Assembly: GCA_951406725.2 (NCBI GenBank)
Contig: OX597815.1
Span: 189,740,001-189,864,000 of the forward strand
Direction of reading: 5' to 3'
Source: Octopus vulgaris
Lineage: Eukaryota
Length of the DNA: 124,000 nt
The translations under genes were made by a program, and so were the position numbers. Below, one piece after another: positions 54,421-69,283 of this stretch (the first letter of the stretch is position 1; each line of letters begins with the position of its first letter). Under the pieces are notes generated by a model, which had not been told where the DNA came from, ran no database searches, and saw only the letters and a program-made list of their open reading frames with translations.

Positions 54421-56129
54421 ATATCTTTAAGAATTATTATATAAGATCACAGAAAAACCTTCTTAAGAACAGACACAGTTAACATACTCACTCTTTAAAA
54501 TGGAAACAAAAGAAATTTCACATTATTATCTGACTTCATTTTTATGTAGTCCTTTTGAGAAAGTCAACAAAAGACAAGAGTCAGTATCAAAGTGTAAACA
54601 CAAGAGAAAATATTTTTTGAAGGAGCATTTCATCATCATTACCACCATCACTATCACCACTACCACCACCACCAACATCATCATCATCATCATCTAATGT
54701 CCATTTTTCATGTTGGCATGGCTTTGACAGTTTGGCAGTAGCTGGCAAGGCTGAGAGCCATACATGGTTCCATTGTCCATTGTAGTATGATTTCTACAGC
54801 TGGATGCACTTCCTAACATGAACCACTTTACAGTGTACTGGATGCTTTTTACATGGCCTCAGAAACCGTGCTTTTTACGTGGCATCAGTATGAATGCATT
54901 TTATGTGGCAACATCACCAGCAGAGCCACCAAGTGTCTTGTAAGACAAAACGGGTGGGGAAAAAACCCTCAACTGAGAGGGGTAAGTAGTATGGCTTTTG
55001 ACAGTTATGAGATTAAAGGTACAAAGGGACAGAGATAGGTGTCTTGCAATAGATACATGGATACCCCAGTTGGAAAGGAAAGGAGAGTTAGTGAGCAAGA
55101 TAAAGAGAACAACAGTGAGAGAGATAATAAATAATAGGTAATAAATTAATTTATTTATCCAATTTACATCGATTTTTTTTTTGTTGATTATTATAAGTAG
55201 ACATCACAAAAATTTTTTTCCAGAAATAGCATAAAAAATTGGATTAAGCCTTGGCAGCTTGGCTGATTTGGGCAATAGGGTAGGGGTTCAAAAAATAAAA
55301 AATAAATAGGTCAATAATCATTAAAAAAAAGGAAACATGCTTTGTATGCAAGCAAGGCAGTCAAAAACGTATATAAAAAGTAAATCTCTTTAAGTCTGGA
55401 AATATAAAATATTACAAATGTTATAAATAATGTAGGTCTATAAAATAAAGTTTATAAATGAGTTTGGTTTGGAAGAAGGTGAGTTTTTAATGATTTTGTT
55501 TGAAATTGGACAACCAAAAAATGTTTTTTAGCTTTTGTGGTAAAATATTAATCCATAGGTGCAGGAGTGGCTGTGTGGTAAGTAGCTTGCTAACCAACCA
55601 CATGGTTCCAGGTTCAGTCCCACTGTGTGGCAGAAGACACATGTCCAGGTTTAGTCCCACTGTGTGGCATCTTGGGCAGGTGTCTTCTGCTATAGCCCCG
55701 GGCCGACCAATGCCTTGTGAGTGGATTTGGTAGACGGAAACTGAAAGAAGCCTGTTGTATATATATGTATATATATATATATGCGTATGTGTGTGTTTGC
55801 GTATCTGTGTTTGTCCCCCTAGCATTGCTTGACAACCGATGCTGGTGTGTTTACGTCCCTGCCACTTAGTGGTTCAGCACAAGAGACCGATAGAATAAGT
55901 ACTGGGCTTACAAAAAATAAATCCCGGGGTCGATTTGCTCGACTAAAGGTGGTGCTCCAGCATGGCTGCACTCAAATGACTGAAACAAGTAAAAGAGTAA
56001 AAGAGCTATGTTAATACTGTTATAAATGAAGCTTTTTTTTGCAAAATAATACTCAACAAAAGGGCATTTCAAAATTTAAATCAGCGATACGTCTTGTTTG
56101 GTAGTTATGAAGGAGAGAACGACAACAGA

Positions 56130-58075
56130 TAATTTTAGTATCTTATACAATATAGGGATGGAGAATATAGAAATAATTTCAAATTTTTATTTAAATATAA
56201 ATCAAATTAATATAAAATTATAGTTAATTAGTAAATAGTAATTTATTGGTATTAATGAGTTAAATTAAAGGAATATGCTAAACATTTCAGGCACGTAAAA
56301 AGCACCATCCGATCATGGCCGTTTACCAGCCTTGTCTGGCACCTGTGCGGGTGGCACGTAAAAAGCACCCACTACACTCACGGAGTGGTTGGCGTTTGGA
56401 AGGGCATCCAGCCGTAGAAACACTGCCAGATCAGACTGGGCCTGGTGCAGCCTACTGGCTTCCCAGACCCCAGTTGAACCATCCAACCCATGCCAGAATG
56501 GAAAACGGACGTTAAACAATGATGATGAAGATGATGATGATGATGCTAATGACTTTAGAATATATTTACTTGTGTTATGAAATAGATAGTGAATTATAAC
56601 AGTATGGTTCTGTATAGGTTGAGTGTGAACCCAATAGAAAATGTATTATCAGTAAGATGATATAGTGGGTAAATGAGATAAAATGGTTTAAAATTTCAGT
56701 GAAGGAAATTTAAATAAGTGAATTGAAAAATAAAATTATTGTAGAATATTGTAGATAAGGGGTAGATAAGGATTTGTGTTCTAAAAACTTATTATAGAAA
56801 ATACCCAGCTTATTTATAATAGGTGAGGTAAGCCGCTATAAGAAAATACCTAATAATTACATTATAATTTTATAATCACTAGATTAAAATTAATATTTCC
56901 TTATCATGGGAGTTGTCGTGTAAGATTAGTGTTTAATATCGGGTGAAGAAATGATCAAACTATTGGTTAAAAATTATATTATCAATAAGAATTTTATAGA
57001 AATAGAGACTACATAACCCAGATAATATTATCTATTCTTTATCAAGTTTTGAATATTAATTTGGGGGATTTAGAAGAACTTTTTATGAGAATATTCTTAG
57101 TAAATAAGGTATTAATTGGCACACATATCAAAAACTTTCAAATATAATGAAAGGGAGGCAACAAAGATGAACGTTCCTACAATTAGGAATATTTAAATTT
57201 AGTATTTAAGAATGAAGTGTGGTTTATATGGGACATAATAATTTAGGCTAGTTAGATGTAATATTTATTAAAAAAATGTATATCATCACTATAACACATT
57301 CTAAAGTCATTAACATGTAGAAAATATATGAAATGTTTAGCATATTCCTTTAATTTAACTCATTAATACCAATAAATTACTATTTACTAATCAACTATAA
57401 ATTTATATTAATTTGATTTATATTTATATAAAAATATGAAATCATTTCTATATTCTCCATCCCTATATTGTATAAGATACTAAAATTATTCGAATTTTTT
57501 TGAAAGAACTATCTAAAATACACCTATTTATTTCAAATCACAATTAGGATTATGGCTATTAAATAGTTAAGTATTAGAAGTTTCTATTCTCCCTACCCCA
57601 TCAGCTTTAGCCTACTAATTTTAGCTGAAATCTATTCAACTGAACCAAACTGAGTTCTTCAAAGAGAACTTGATTTATGGCTCTGCCACTTAAACTGTCT
57701 CTTCTTCTATCTATAAAAGAAAGATTCTTGTTTTTGTCTCCACTACACCTGATGGAATAGTATTAAACCCCCTCCTCCATTAGTAAAGCTAAATAGCAAA
57801 GTAAGCAGTATCTCCATGAAAAAAATATTAATTTCTACCATGTTTCTGTTGATGAAACGTGTTTCTCTGTCTACCTACTTACCCTCTTTGTGATGTTGGT
57901 AAATGGAATAAGTATAAAAATGAATCTTTTCAATTTAACTAAATTCTATATTTATATGCAGCTGAAGATTGCTCTACATTTTAAAACTGATGTAATACTT
58001 GCATTGTTTAATTGAATGGAGTTGCATGAAACGATCGTACTGCATTACCTTTGGATATCCTTGTTGCTTATTTTG
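56130..58075 (+). mobile_element. PLE family A relic with an inverted 5' segment (56130-56290 vs 57330-57490); family 4 repeat nested at ~56290-56545
   Basis: Homologous to 5.64-7.0 kb(-) and 93.7-95.3 kb(+); ends in an HHR followed by (TA)n. Confidence 0.65.
57956..58045 (+). ncRNA. Type I hammerhead ribozyme motif, family A
   Basis: AUGCAG-CUGAAGA-UUGCUCU..GGAGUUGCAU-GAAA-CGAUCG-UA-CUGCAU; perfect 6-bp stem I and palindromic stem III. Confidence 0.75.
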
Positions 58076-58222
58076 GATATATATATATATATATATTGTT
58101 AAACAAAAGTAATTTTGGGTGAGGATTGTTTATTTTGGGAGTCTTTCATGATTTATGAATATAGATGATGGTGAAACTTCCAAATACAAATGAGATACTT
58201 TCTCACTTGTGCCTAAAAATAC

Positions 58223-58295
<73 letters not shown>

Positions 58296-58318
58296 TGCTG
58301 TTGCTGCTGCTGCTGCTG

Positions 58319-58376
<58 letters not shown>

Positions 58377-58379
58377 ACC

Positions 58380-58806
58380 CAGTGCTGGATTAACCATTAA
58401 GCAAAAAAAACACGTGTTTATAGTATCAAGGGAAGGTAGGGGCACCTCAGAAATGGTAAATGGTTCACGGCACAAAAGAAATCACTTTAAACTTGCTAAA
58501 ATAATATTCGAGATGCCTTTATCTCTGCTAAGTATAGATGCAGATGTGTTACCTAAGATTAATTTTGAGGATCTGATCAAAGACTTTGCAATTCAAAAAA
58601 GTAGGAGCAAACTTTTCAAATAGAAATAAAGTGGAAGTAGACAAAACTAAACATTATTTTCCCTTCTTACTGTTTTCTTTCATTTTGGAAAATAAAAATT
58701 TATTTTATGGTTTGTTATTGTTTATATTTTGAATTACATAATCTTTTATGGGGGCATCAAAATCTTTTGAGTGTTTAGGGCCTTGATGGATCTTAATCTG
58801 GCCCTG
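58380..58806 (+). mobile_element. Non-autonomous hAT element with a transposase C-terminal remnant
   Basis: TIRs CAGTGCTGGATTAAC and CTTAATCTGGCCCTG; 8-bp TSD ACTACACC/ACTATACC; LSLLSIDADVLPKINFEDLIKDFAIQKSR is a hAT dimerisation-type tail. Confidence 0.85.
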
Positions 58807-59339
58807 ACTATACCCCACTTCTATGTATCAATACTGAATTATTGAACCAAAAGGAAGCTTCTGTGGGGGAAGCTTATAATCATAAGTTTGTGTGATTAAT
58901 ACCAGCCTAGAAGTAAACAAAAATAATAACACTTAATTATAATTAATTTTTGTCACAGCAAACTAATTGTATTAAACTAATGATAGCTGTGTAATGAAAG
59001 TCTAAACTTAAACTTAATCACCTGAAGATTTGAAAAGAACCTGAGAAGTAATGCAGTGAAGCCTTAGCTTAAAATACAGTAAATTAGTGAATATATTTTT
59101 CTTGCTTGTCCACAGAATTGTGTGTGTGTGTGTGTGTGTGTGTGCATGAATGAGTGTATGTGTGTGTGTCTGCATGTGTGAGTGTGTGCATGTGTGTGTG
59201 TATGTGCATGTGTGTGTGTGTGTATAACAGAAAGGAATAAGAATTTGAAATCTGGGTAGGTACCTAATGAGCACTCTAACGAAATCCAAATCTGGCTAAC
59301 CACATCGAATGATAGGGAACATACAGAATCGTTTAAGAT

Positions 59340-59526
59340 AAAACAATTACATTGTACTTTATTTACATCATTTACATTTGATGGATATTTGTCATCATTT
59401 AGTTTGTTGTTAACACGTTTCCACTGATATACCCTCCAGCCTTCATCAGGTGTCTTGGGGAAATTTTGAACCTGGGTTTTCATTCCTATTATTATTATTA
59501 TCATTATTATTATTATAATAATAATA

Positions 59527-59569
<43 letters not shown>

Positions 59570-59655
59570 CCACTGCCTGGAATCAAACTCGGAATCTTGG
59601 GGTTTGTAGCCCACACTCTTAACCACTATGCCATATGCTCATGGGCATAATAATG

Positions 59656-59688
<33 letters not shown>

Positions 59689-60060
59689 TCAAAAAATACT
59701 TTAAGAATGAGAACCCAGGTTCGAAATTTCTCCAAGACATCTGATGAAGGCTGGAGGGTATATTAACCGGAACGTGTTAACAACAAACAAGATCATCATC
59801 ATCATCATCATCGTTTAACGTCCGCTTTCCATGCTAGCATGGGTTGGACGATTTGACTGAAGACTGGTGAACCAGATGGCTGCACCAGGCTGCTCCAATC
59901 TTGATCTGGCAGAGATTCTACAGCTGGATGCCCTTCCTAACGCCAACCACTCCGAGAGTGTAGCGCGTGCTTTTTACGTGCCACCAGCACAAGGAGGACA
60001 AATATCCGTCAAATGTAAATAATGTAAATAATGTACATAATTCCTCATCTCTTAAATATA
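59340..60060. mobile_element. Inverted pair of family C (HHR-bearing) elements in (ATT)n/(AAT)n; right copy split by a family 4 repeat
   Basis: GACAC-CTGATGA-AGGCTGGAGGGTATA.. on the minus strand at ~59411-59454 and the plus strand at ~59735-59780; both decayed. Confidence 0.7.
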
Positions 60061-60562
60061 GAACTGCACATGGTACTTCACTTGATAGGTAAATACTGAG
60101 TTTGCTTTATTGGATTTCACGCAGCATAGAGAGTACAAAGTACAGAGTACAGAGTACAGAGTATAATAAAGACATCATAGACAAAAACGAGCGCTATTAC
60201 ACATCTTCAAAATTTGTTTATTACAGTGTTATTCTCAATAAATTCCAATCCATGTTTTGACTTTAAGAGTCCCTCATAGCGTGAGGCATTTATGTGTAGT
60301 AATGCCCTTAATAAATAAATAAAAATATTACAATGTATATGTATGTACGTGTGTATGTGAGCATATATGTATTTGTGTATATGTATTTGTGTGTGCTTGT
60401 ATGTGTGTGTGTGTGTGTGTGTTTTGAAATTGAATGCTACAATTTTACTCCAAGTTTCTCACCAGTGATGTGCCTGAAGGCAGCTACAAGTATATAATTT
60501 GATGTGAATAAACATCAAAAGGCTTCAAACATCAAATTCGGTTGCACTAATTTAATTAGTTT

Positions 60563-60595
<33 letters not shown>

Positions 60596-61184
60596 GTAGT
60601 TTTTTTTTGTTTGTTTTGTTTTTACACATTGTGAGATTTGATCTCTTCAGTCATGTGTGATATGAAACTGCTTGACAATTTCCACAACCAATCGACTCAT
60701 TCTCCCTCCAACCCTGTCCTACACTCCTCTCTCTCTCTCTCTATCTTTCTCTCTGTCTCTATTTTTACCAGCAAACAATTCTTACCTGAATAATTTCTCT
60801 TAAGTGTCAGATGCAGCTGAAAATGTTTTGTACCTTGCTCAAGGAATCGCACCTTATCCAATTCAGCCACAGCAGTTTTTGTTTTTTTTGACAATAATAA
60901 TAGAGTTATAGTAGCCGAACAATTGATACAGTTACAGAGAGAGAGTGAGAGAGAGAGAGAGAGAGAGAGAAATAAACCAATTATCGTACAATATTAGTTT
61001 TAGGAACTAAATAGAAATTAAGTATTTACAGGCCGAAGAAATACCAAATAAAACATTAATTTCTTCTTAAATATATACACATGTATATACACACATATAT
61101 ATATGTATATACACACACATATATATATATATGTATATACATGTATATACACATATATACATATATATATATATATACACATAG

Positions 61185-61600
61185 GCGCAGGAGTGGCTGT
61201 GTGGTAAGTAGCTTGCTAACCAACCACATGGTTCCGGGTTCAGTCCTACTGCGTGGCATCTTGGGCAAGTGTCTTCTGCTATAGCCCCGGGCCGACCAAT
61301 GCCTTGTGAGTGGATTTGGTAGATGGAAACTGAAAGAAGCCTGTCGTATATATGTATATATATATGTATGTGTGTGTGTGTGTATGTTTGTGTGTCTGTG
61401 TTTGTCCCCCAGGCATTGCTTGACAACCGATGCTGGTGTGTTTACGTCCCCGTCACTTAGCGGTTCGGCAAAAGAGACCGATAGAATAAGTACTGGGCTT
61501 ACAAAGAATAAGTCCCGGGGTCGATTTGATCGACTAAAAAAAAGGCGGTGCTCCAGCATGGCCGCAGTCAAATGACTGAAACAAGTAAAAGAGAAAAAGA
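61185..61600 (+). mobile_element. SINE family 3, well-preserved copy
   Basis: GGCGCAGGAGTGGCTGTGTGG head through GGCGGTGCTCCAGCATGGCCGCAGTCAAATGACTGAAAC tail. Confidence 0.85.
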
Positions 61601-61633
61601 GAAATACATATATAGATAGATAGATATAGCTAT

Positions 61634-61669
<36 letters not shown>

Positions 61670-61746
61670 ATAAATATTAGGGAATGAATCCAAAATTACA
61701 GGGAAAAATCAGATTTAGGGTTAAATCCAATTTTATAGTAAAATAT

Positions 61747-61913
61747 TATATAATATAATTCGAGACAAAACCACTATTTTAAAAACCAAACAAGGAAAGA
61801 CTTAATCAATACATAAAATTTTAATATAATTTATATTAAAATTTTATGTATTGATTAAGTCTTTCCTTGTTTGGTTTTTAAAATAGTGGTTTTGTCTCGA
61901 ATTATATTATATA
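61747..61913. repeat. Essentially perfect ~165-bp palindrome
   Basis: ..AATCAATACATAAAATTTTAATATAA-T-TTATATTAAAATTTTATGTATTGATT..; 1-nt loop. Confidence 0.9.
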
Positions 61914-62008
61914 TATATATATATATACATGCATATATATTTGTATCTATCAATCTGTCTATCAGTGTATTATGTATGTATATAATATATGTATGTATAT
62001 ATATATAC

Positions 62009-62074
<66 letters not shown>

Positions 62075-62870
62075 ATATATATATATGTTTTGCTGACACA
62101 TATGAAATGACAACTGGTACAAAAATTCCTCATGCTTCATTGCATGTATGTGAATATTTTCTAAGAGGAGATATCCAATTCCATTTCAGCATCACTATTA
62201 TTTGCTTACCTCTTTTCTGTAGGGATTCAACTTTTAATAATACAGTCAGAAGATGAAAGACCCATTTTTTTCTATCTTTTCTTTTTTATGCTTTGTGAAT
62301 TTCTAATTCTCCTGACTTGTCCTGGTATGTCATCAGTTCGATTGACTGTTTTACAGATCAGTAACTCATAACTTAGTAGTTCGTACCAGATATACTAGTA
62401 TATATATAGTGTGTGTGTGTGTGTGTTTGGACAAACCATGGTGACTAACTTGTAAATAGGTCAGTTATCTTTGTTTCAAATCTAATGGTTAGAATATTCA
62501 ACTCAATACACACACACACGCATGCACACACACACACATACACACACGCACACACTTATAAACAAGTGAACTGTTGTTTTGATAAGTATCGGTGCATAAC
62601 CCAGGTCTTCCATAATTAACTCTATGTTATGTATCGGCTTTGATGTAATTTTCCTTAATAATATGTGTGTATGCATTCAGTCACCTATGCCTGAGGAGCT
62701 AAGTCTGAATGATAAGCCTATGAAACTTGAAGCTGCATGAAGTTAAATCAAACTGTTATTAAATACTATTATATGTAACTCCTTCCAAGTGTGCTGTGTG
62801 CCTCTTTGTTTCATTTCTCCACTCATTCATATGTATATTAATCTCTCTCTCTCTCTCTCTCTTTTTTTAC

Positions 62871-62905
<35 letters not shown>

Positions 62906-64081
62906 TAAATAAAATAAAACATATGCATATATATAAACATATATGTACGTACCTACCTCTACATGTACATATACACGCATATATGAGTACAGGACACCAA
63001 AAAGGACGTCGAACACAATGAGAAACGAAAACATAGACACAAACCAAAGGAACTGGACATTTATTTACAAACAGCAAAAAAATAGAATACAGGACAATTA
63101 ACACAAAGAAAAAACCCCTTCTTCAGTCGCTAAAGCTTTCATCTACTCTACGTTTCGAAGGATAAAAGTGAGACGTATCTTCGACAAGAAAACTTTCCTT
63201 CCTGCGAAAAGCAAATCAATTAAAATTCTGAGATCTTTTCGCAGAGGGGTAAAAAATAGTAACAACAGGACAACACACACACACATACACACTCATTTAC
63301 ATACACATACACACGTATGCATACACATATTATTTAGTCTAGATTGAATGGTTTAATTACTGATAAATTTGTTATTGTTGTTAATGTTGTTTAGGCTCAG
63401 ACCAGCTCTGATTGAAGTGACCTAAGAATAAAGGCGTTCCAATCATGACCAACCTGTTTGTAAACTCATGACTACAATGTCCAGCATGTTTTTCCTCTTT
63501 TTAAAATGCTAGGATTTTTTTAACAGGATTTGGTTAGTATTTCTAACATTAGTACAAGGCCACATATTTAGAAAGAAAGCATAGTCAATTATATTGACAC
63601 TAGTACTTGACTAGTATTTAGTTTTATTGACCCCAGAAGGATGAAAGACAAAGTTCACTTCGGCGGAAACTGAACTCAGAATGTAAAGGGCTGCACCTAA
63701 ATACTGTAAGGTATTTTCTTCAACACTTTAACATGTCAGCTGACCCTTTATTTTTTACAATTCCTAACTATAAAAACTGTTACATATTTGCATATTTTAT
63801 CAACAGTTGGCTGCTTAGTTAACCGTTAGCCATTCAACCATGAAGTATGAGCAGAATTTGTTTCTGTTTTCATTAATTTAGGCAAACTGAAGCGAGTAAT
63901 AGAGTATCTTTCTTAATAGTAAGGCATTACAACTGAATTAATAAAATAAGCTGTAGGAGATAATTTCCATCTATCAGCTTTTTGATTATATTGTGGTGTA
64001 CTTCTGGTGGCCAGCTATCATAGGGGAAGACAATCCCTTCTAGATTAACTTAAGTAGAAGTGGGTCTGGAAGTTTGAAATT

Positions 64082-64113
<32 letters not shown>

Positions 64114-64286
64114 TTAGGGAGTATAACTCCAAACTTACAGGGAAAAATTCAATTTAGTATTAAATCAAATTTCACAGTATAAAAAATATAAAATATGAAT
64201 TAGAGATAAAACCACTATTATGCAACTCAGACAGTGATAGACATAAACCAATACATAAATAACAAATAATATATATAATTAATATA

Positions 64287-64351
<65 letters not shown>

Positions 64352-64695
64352 CTATGTATGTTTGATGTATGTGTGCCTTTGTTTGTATCCTCCACCACTG
64401 CTTCACAATTGGTGTTGGTGTGTTTATGTCTCCATAACTCAGCAAAAGGGATTAAAAGATTAAGAACTCAGCTATTAAAAAAATGCCCCATCATGGCTGC
64501 AGTCTAATGACTGAAACATATGACCGATAAATATTTGCATATGCATAGAAAAAAAATCTATTGTGGTTGAGGTCATTGATTCAACTCATTCCATAATGCC
64601 ATCTCCGTATTCCAGGAGAATGGTTTCTCTTATCCTACAAAGATTAACTGCAGTTAAAGAAAAGCAAGGAAAGAATTAACATAATTTATTTTCAG

Positions 64696-64762
64696 GAATA
64701 TAGTGGTACCAGACCAAAAGAACTGTGTTTCAGTGACACTATAGTGCCAATGATAGCAAAAG
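64696..64762 (+). CDS. Candidate isolated coding exon (EYSGTRPKELCFSDTIVPMIAK), product unknown
   Basis: Acceptor ATTTATTTTCAG|G, donor AAG|GTAAAA, only one open frame. Confidence 0.3.
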
Positions 64763-66342
64763 GTAAAAAAAAAGAAGGTAAAATAAATGATCAGGGTTTA
64801 ATACAATTAGATGAAAATGTTGTTATAAATCTAATATCAGGCCAGTTAGTACTTTGTGACTCACTTGCTATGAGTTGAGTTTATGGCATCTTTAAATAGC
64901 TTCTCTAATTTGGTTTATAGGAAATAATCTGGCATTCTCTCTGATTTCTCAAAATGTTGCAAAAAAAAATCATAATTAAGATACTATGAAAAAGAATCTT
65001 TAGAAAGATCTGTCAAAAGAAAATACCAATTAACTTTAATCAAATTATGAATTCTTAGTTCAGAAGAAATCAGTTTTTAGTCTATTGGAAATTAGTGACC
65101 ATCTCCAAAGAAAAATGGAAACTCCTGGTAGGTTCTATCTGGAATTAGTTTCATCTTGTTTCTATTATTAATATTCTTAATAGATGGAAGGCAGCAAACT
65201 GGCAGAATCGTTAGCATGCTGGGCAAAATGCTTATCAGTATTTCATTTGTCTTTACATTCTGAATTAATATTCCGCCAAGGTCAACTTTGCCTTTTATCC
65301 TTCTGGGATCCATGAAATAACTACCAGTTATATACGGAGGTCAATTAGCTCCCTGCTCCAAAATTTCAAAGTTTATGCCTATAGTAGGAAGGATTGTTAA
65401 TATTCTTAATAGATGTCATGTGATAAAATGGCAGAATTGTTAGCACACCGAGAAAAATATTGTGCAGCATTTCATCTATCTGTACATTCTGATTTCAAAT
65501 TCCACTGAGGTCTACTTTGCCTTTAATTCTTTCAAGGTCGATAAAATAAGTACCAGTTGAGCACAGGAGCTGATATAATTGACTTGCAGCATCCCCTGAG
65601 ATAGCTGGCCTTGTACCAAAAATTTTAAACCAATGAAGCCTTATTTCATTTCCTGTCTTTATACACCTGTATATTTACAACCTTGTCAACATCATTATCA
65701 TCATCATCGTTTTAACATCTGTTTTCCCTGCTGGCATGGGTTGGATGGCTTGACTGAGGAGTGGCAAGCCAGGTGGCCGTACCGGGCTCCAATCTGATCT
65801 GGCAAGGTTTCTACAGCTGGATACCCTTCTTAATGCCAACCACTCTGAGAGTGTAGTGGGTGCTTTTTATATGCCACCAGCATGGGGGCCAGTCAGGCGA
65901 CACTGGCATCAACCATGCTTGAAATGGTGTCTTTTACATTCCACTGGCATGGGAGCCAGTCAGGCAGCACTGGCACCAACCATGCTCGAATCGTACTTTT
66001 TAAATGCTACTGTTTATGCAAATTGTCAGAGTAACTGTAACTATTTGTTAGAGAGAATAACAAATTAATGGTAAACGGTAGAAGTATGGCTGTGTAGTGA
66101 AGAAATTCACTTCACAAATAAATGGCTTCGAATTCATTTCTAATATTTAGTACCTTGGGCTAGTGTCATCTTCTATAGTCCCAGGCTGACTAATATTTCA
66201 TGAATGAATTTGGTACATAGAAGCTGAAAAGAAACCTACTGTACATGTGCATGTGCCTATATATATATATATATATATAAAATTAGATTTAATCCTAAAT
66301 CTAATTTTCCCTGTAAGTTTGGATTTACTCCCTAATGTTATT

Positions 66343-66394
<52 letters not shown>

Positions 66395-66809
66395 GTATGT
66401 GTGTGTGTGTGTGTATACATGCATACATGTATGTGTGTGTATGCATTCAGTCATCTGTGCCTGAGGAGCTAAGTCTGAGCGATGATCCTATGAAACTTGA
66501 AGCTGCATGAAGTTAAATCAAACTGTTACTAAATACTATTATATGTAACTCCTTCCAAGTGTGCTGTGTGCCTCTTTCTTTCATTTCTCCACTCACTCAC
66601 ATTATTCTTTTATTCTTTTACTTGTTCCAGTCATTTCAAAATGGCCATGCTGGAGCACCATCTTTAGTCAAACAAATCAACCCCCAAGACTTATTCTTTG
66701 TAAGCCTAGTACTTATTCTATCGGTCCCTTTTACCGAACCGGTAAGTTATGGGGATGTAAACACACCAGCATCGGTTGTCAAATGATGTTGGAGGGACAA
66801 ACATAGACA

Positions 66810-66949
<140 letters not shown>

Positions 66950-67017
66950 CATACATATATATGCACATATACATCATCATCATCATCATCATCGTTTAGC
67001 GTCCGTTTTCCATTCAA

Positions 67018-67056
<39 letters not shown>

Positions 67057-67165
67057 CACACACACACATATATACGACAAGCTACTTTCAGTTTCCATCT
67101 ACCAAATCCACTCACAAGGCTTTGGCCGGTTCGAGGCTATAGAAGAAGACACTTGCCCAAGTTGC

Positions 67166-67545
67166 CACACAGTGGGACTGAACCAGGAACCATATGGTTG
67201 GTAAGCAAGCTACTTACCATATAGCCACTCCTGCGCCTATATATATATATATATATATATAAATCCTTCTTTCTCTTTCTCTCTCTTTCTCTCTCACACA
67301 GTGGGACTGAACCAGGAACCATATGGTTGGTAAGCAAGCTACTTACCATATAGCCACTCCTGCGCCTATATATATATATATATATAAATCCTTCTTTCTC
67401 TTTCTCTCTCTTTCTCTCTCACACAGTGGGACTGAACCAGGAACCATATGGTTGGTAAGCAAGCTACTTACCATATAGCCACTCCTGCGCCTATATATAT
67501 ATATATATAAATCCTTCTTTCTCTTTCTCTCTCTTTCTCTCTCTC
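67166..67545. repeat. Three tandem ~125-129-bp copies of a SINE family 3 head plus flank
   Basis: CACACAGTGGGACTGAACCAGGAACC..AAATCCTTCTTTCTC units start at 67166, 67295 and 67420; identical apart from TA length. Confidence 0.9.
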
Positions 67546-68019
67546 TCTCTCTGTATATATATATACACACACTCACACACATTTACATACACGTATACAC
67601 ATATGCATACACATATCATGTGCGTTTGTGTATGCCTGTGCATTCATGCACGTGTGTGCTGATGAAATTCTCTCTGTTGATGTAACCTGCACTTTTGCAG
67701 ACACTTTTATAAAAGATGATTTCTCAGGATGATTACAGCAGCTTACAGTGTCCAAATGGATGTGACTAATTCTCAAAGTGTTGTGCTAGAAACATATTAT
67801 ACCAGGTGGCTGGGATATTTAGCCTTCTAAGCTCAGAGAAGTCTTAAATTCCATTGAGTAGCTTTGCTTTGGAAGGTGTTAAGCAGCAAAGATATAATTC
67901 TGCAAAAAAAAATAGGATGCTGCTCTATTGCAGGTTGTTGTCACTGTTGTTCTTGTTGTTCTTGTTATTGTTTTTATTGCTGATATTGTTGTTGCTGCTG
68001 CCGCCGCTGTAATTGTTGT

Positions 68020-68052
<33 letters not shown>

Positions 68053-68104
68053 GGCTGCTGCTGTTGCTGCTGTTGTTGTTGTTGTCGTTGTTTTTGTTGT
68101 TGTT

Positions 68105-68135
<31 letters not shown>

Positions 68136-68690
68136 TTGCTGCTATTGTTGTTGTTGCTTTGTTGTTTTTGTTGTTGCTGCTGCTATTGGTGTTGTTGTTG
68201 TTGTTGTTATTGGTGTTGTTGTTGTTTTTTATTGTTGCTTAGCTTCAGGTCTGCTCTCAGCAAGCAAATTCTATGACTGAAAGAAATTCTATTGGGTTTT
68301 CCAGAAAGTTTGTGCCTTTGTCATATGTGTGGCATAGTATATATATATATATATTTGTGTAAAAAAATTTATGAGTCATTCGATAACTAATCAGAGTTTC
68401 ACATGTGATAAAATGGCTCAGCTTTCATCAATAAAATCTGAAACTCTGATTAGCTGCACTGTGGATTATTAATTTTACAGAAATATAAAAGTAACTTAAA
68501 TAGAGAGATGCTATTGACAATCCAATAATTTATTTATATTATAAGATTACATGGTATACTATGGATATAATATAACATAATATTATATAACATAAGCAAT
68601 TATTAAAAAAAAAAACGTAAAAGGCCAACAAATTGTTTCACCTTAGATATGTATTCTGATATACATACACAATAACTGTTCCCTTATATA

Positions 68691-69256
68691 TTAAGTTGTC
68701 CGGAAAGTTTGAGCCAATGTATAGTAGCTTATCTTTCGACTTATTTTAGAACATGGTTGAGTCCATAAAATAGGATTTGACTACACCTCCATTTAGAGCA
68801 CAATTTAAGCTATCTTTTTGTGGAAGAAGGTTTATGTTCCTATAACCTGTGTTAATTCTGTAACCCTTTAAAATGGAAGATAAGAAAGTTCATTTTCGGC
68901 ACTTGATGCTTTGGGAACCAGACAAAAATTGCTGCAGCTTGACTGGGATGTGTAACCCCACCCTCCATATTCACCAGATATTGCTCCTTCGAATTTCCAC
69001 TTATTCAGGTCTCTGCAGAATAGTCTTAATGATAAAAATTTCAATTCCTTGGATGACATAAAAAGATACCTTGATGAATTCTTTGCCATGAAACCACCTC
69101 AGTTCTGGGAAGAGAGTATTTTCAAGTTAAAGGAAAGATAGAGATGCATTGTGCAACAAAATGGTTCATATTTGGTTGATTAAAAATGTAATGGCAAGTA
69201 TTTATCGACTTTTTTCTTTCCTTTAAAAATTGGCATGAACTTTCCGGACAACCCAA
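68691..69256 (+). mobile_element. Internally deleted mariner element (~565 bp)
   Basis: TA-flanked TIRs TT(AA/GG)GTTGTCCGGAAAGTT; MEDKKVHFRHLMLWE N-terminus fused to a C-terminal SPDIAP..FHLFRSLQN-like segment. Confidence 0.85.
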
Positions 69257-69283
69257 TATTTGTCTACATGCATACCTATTTGT

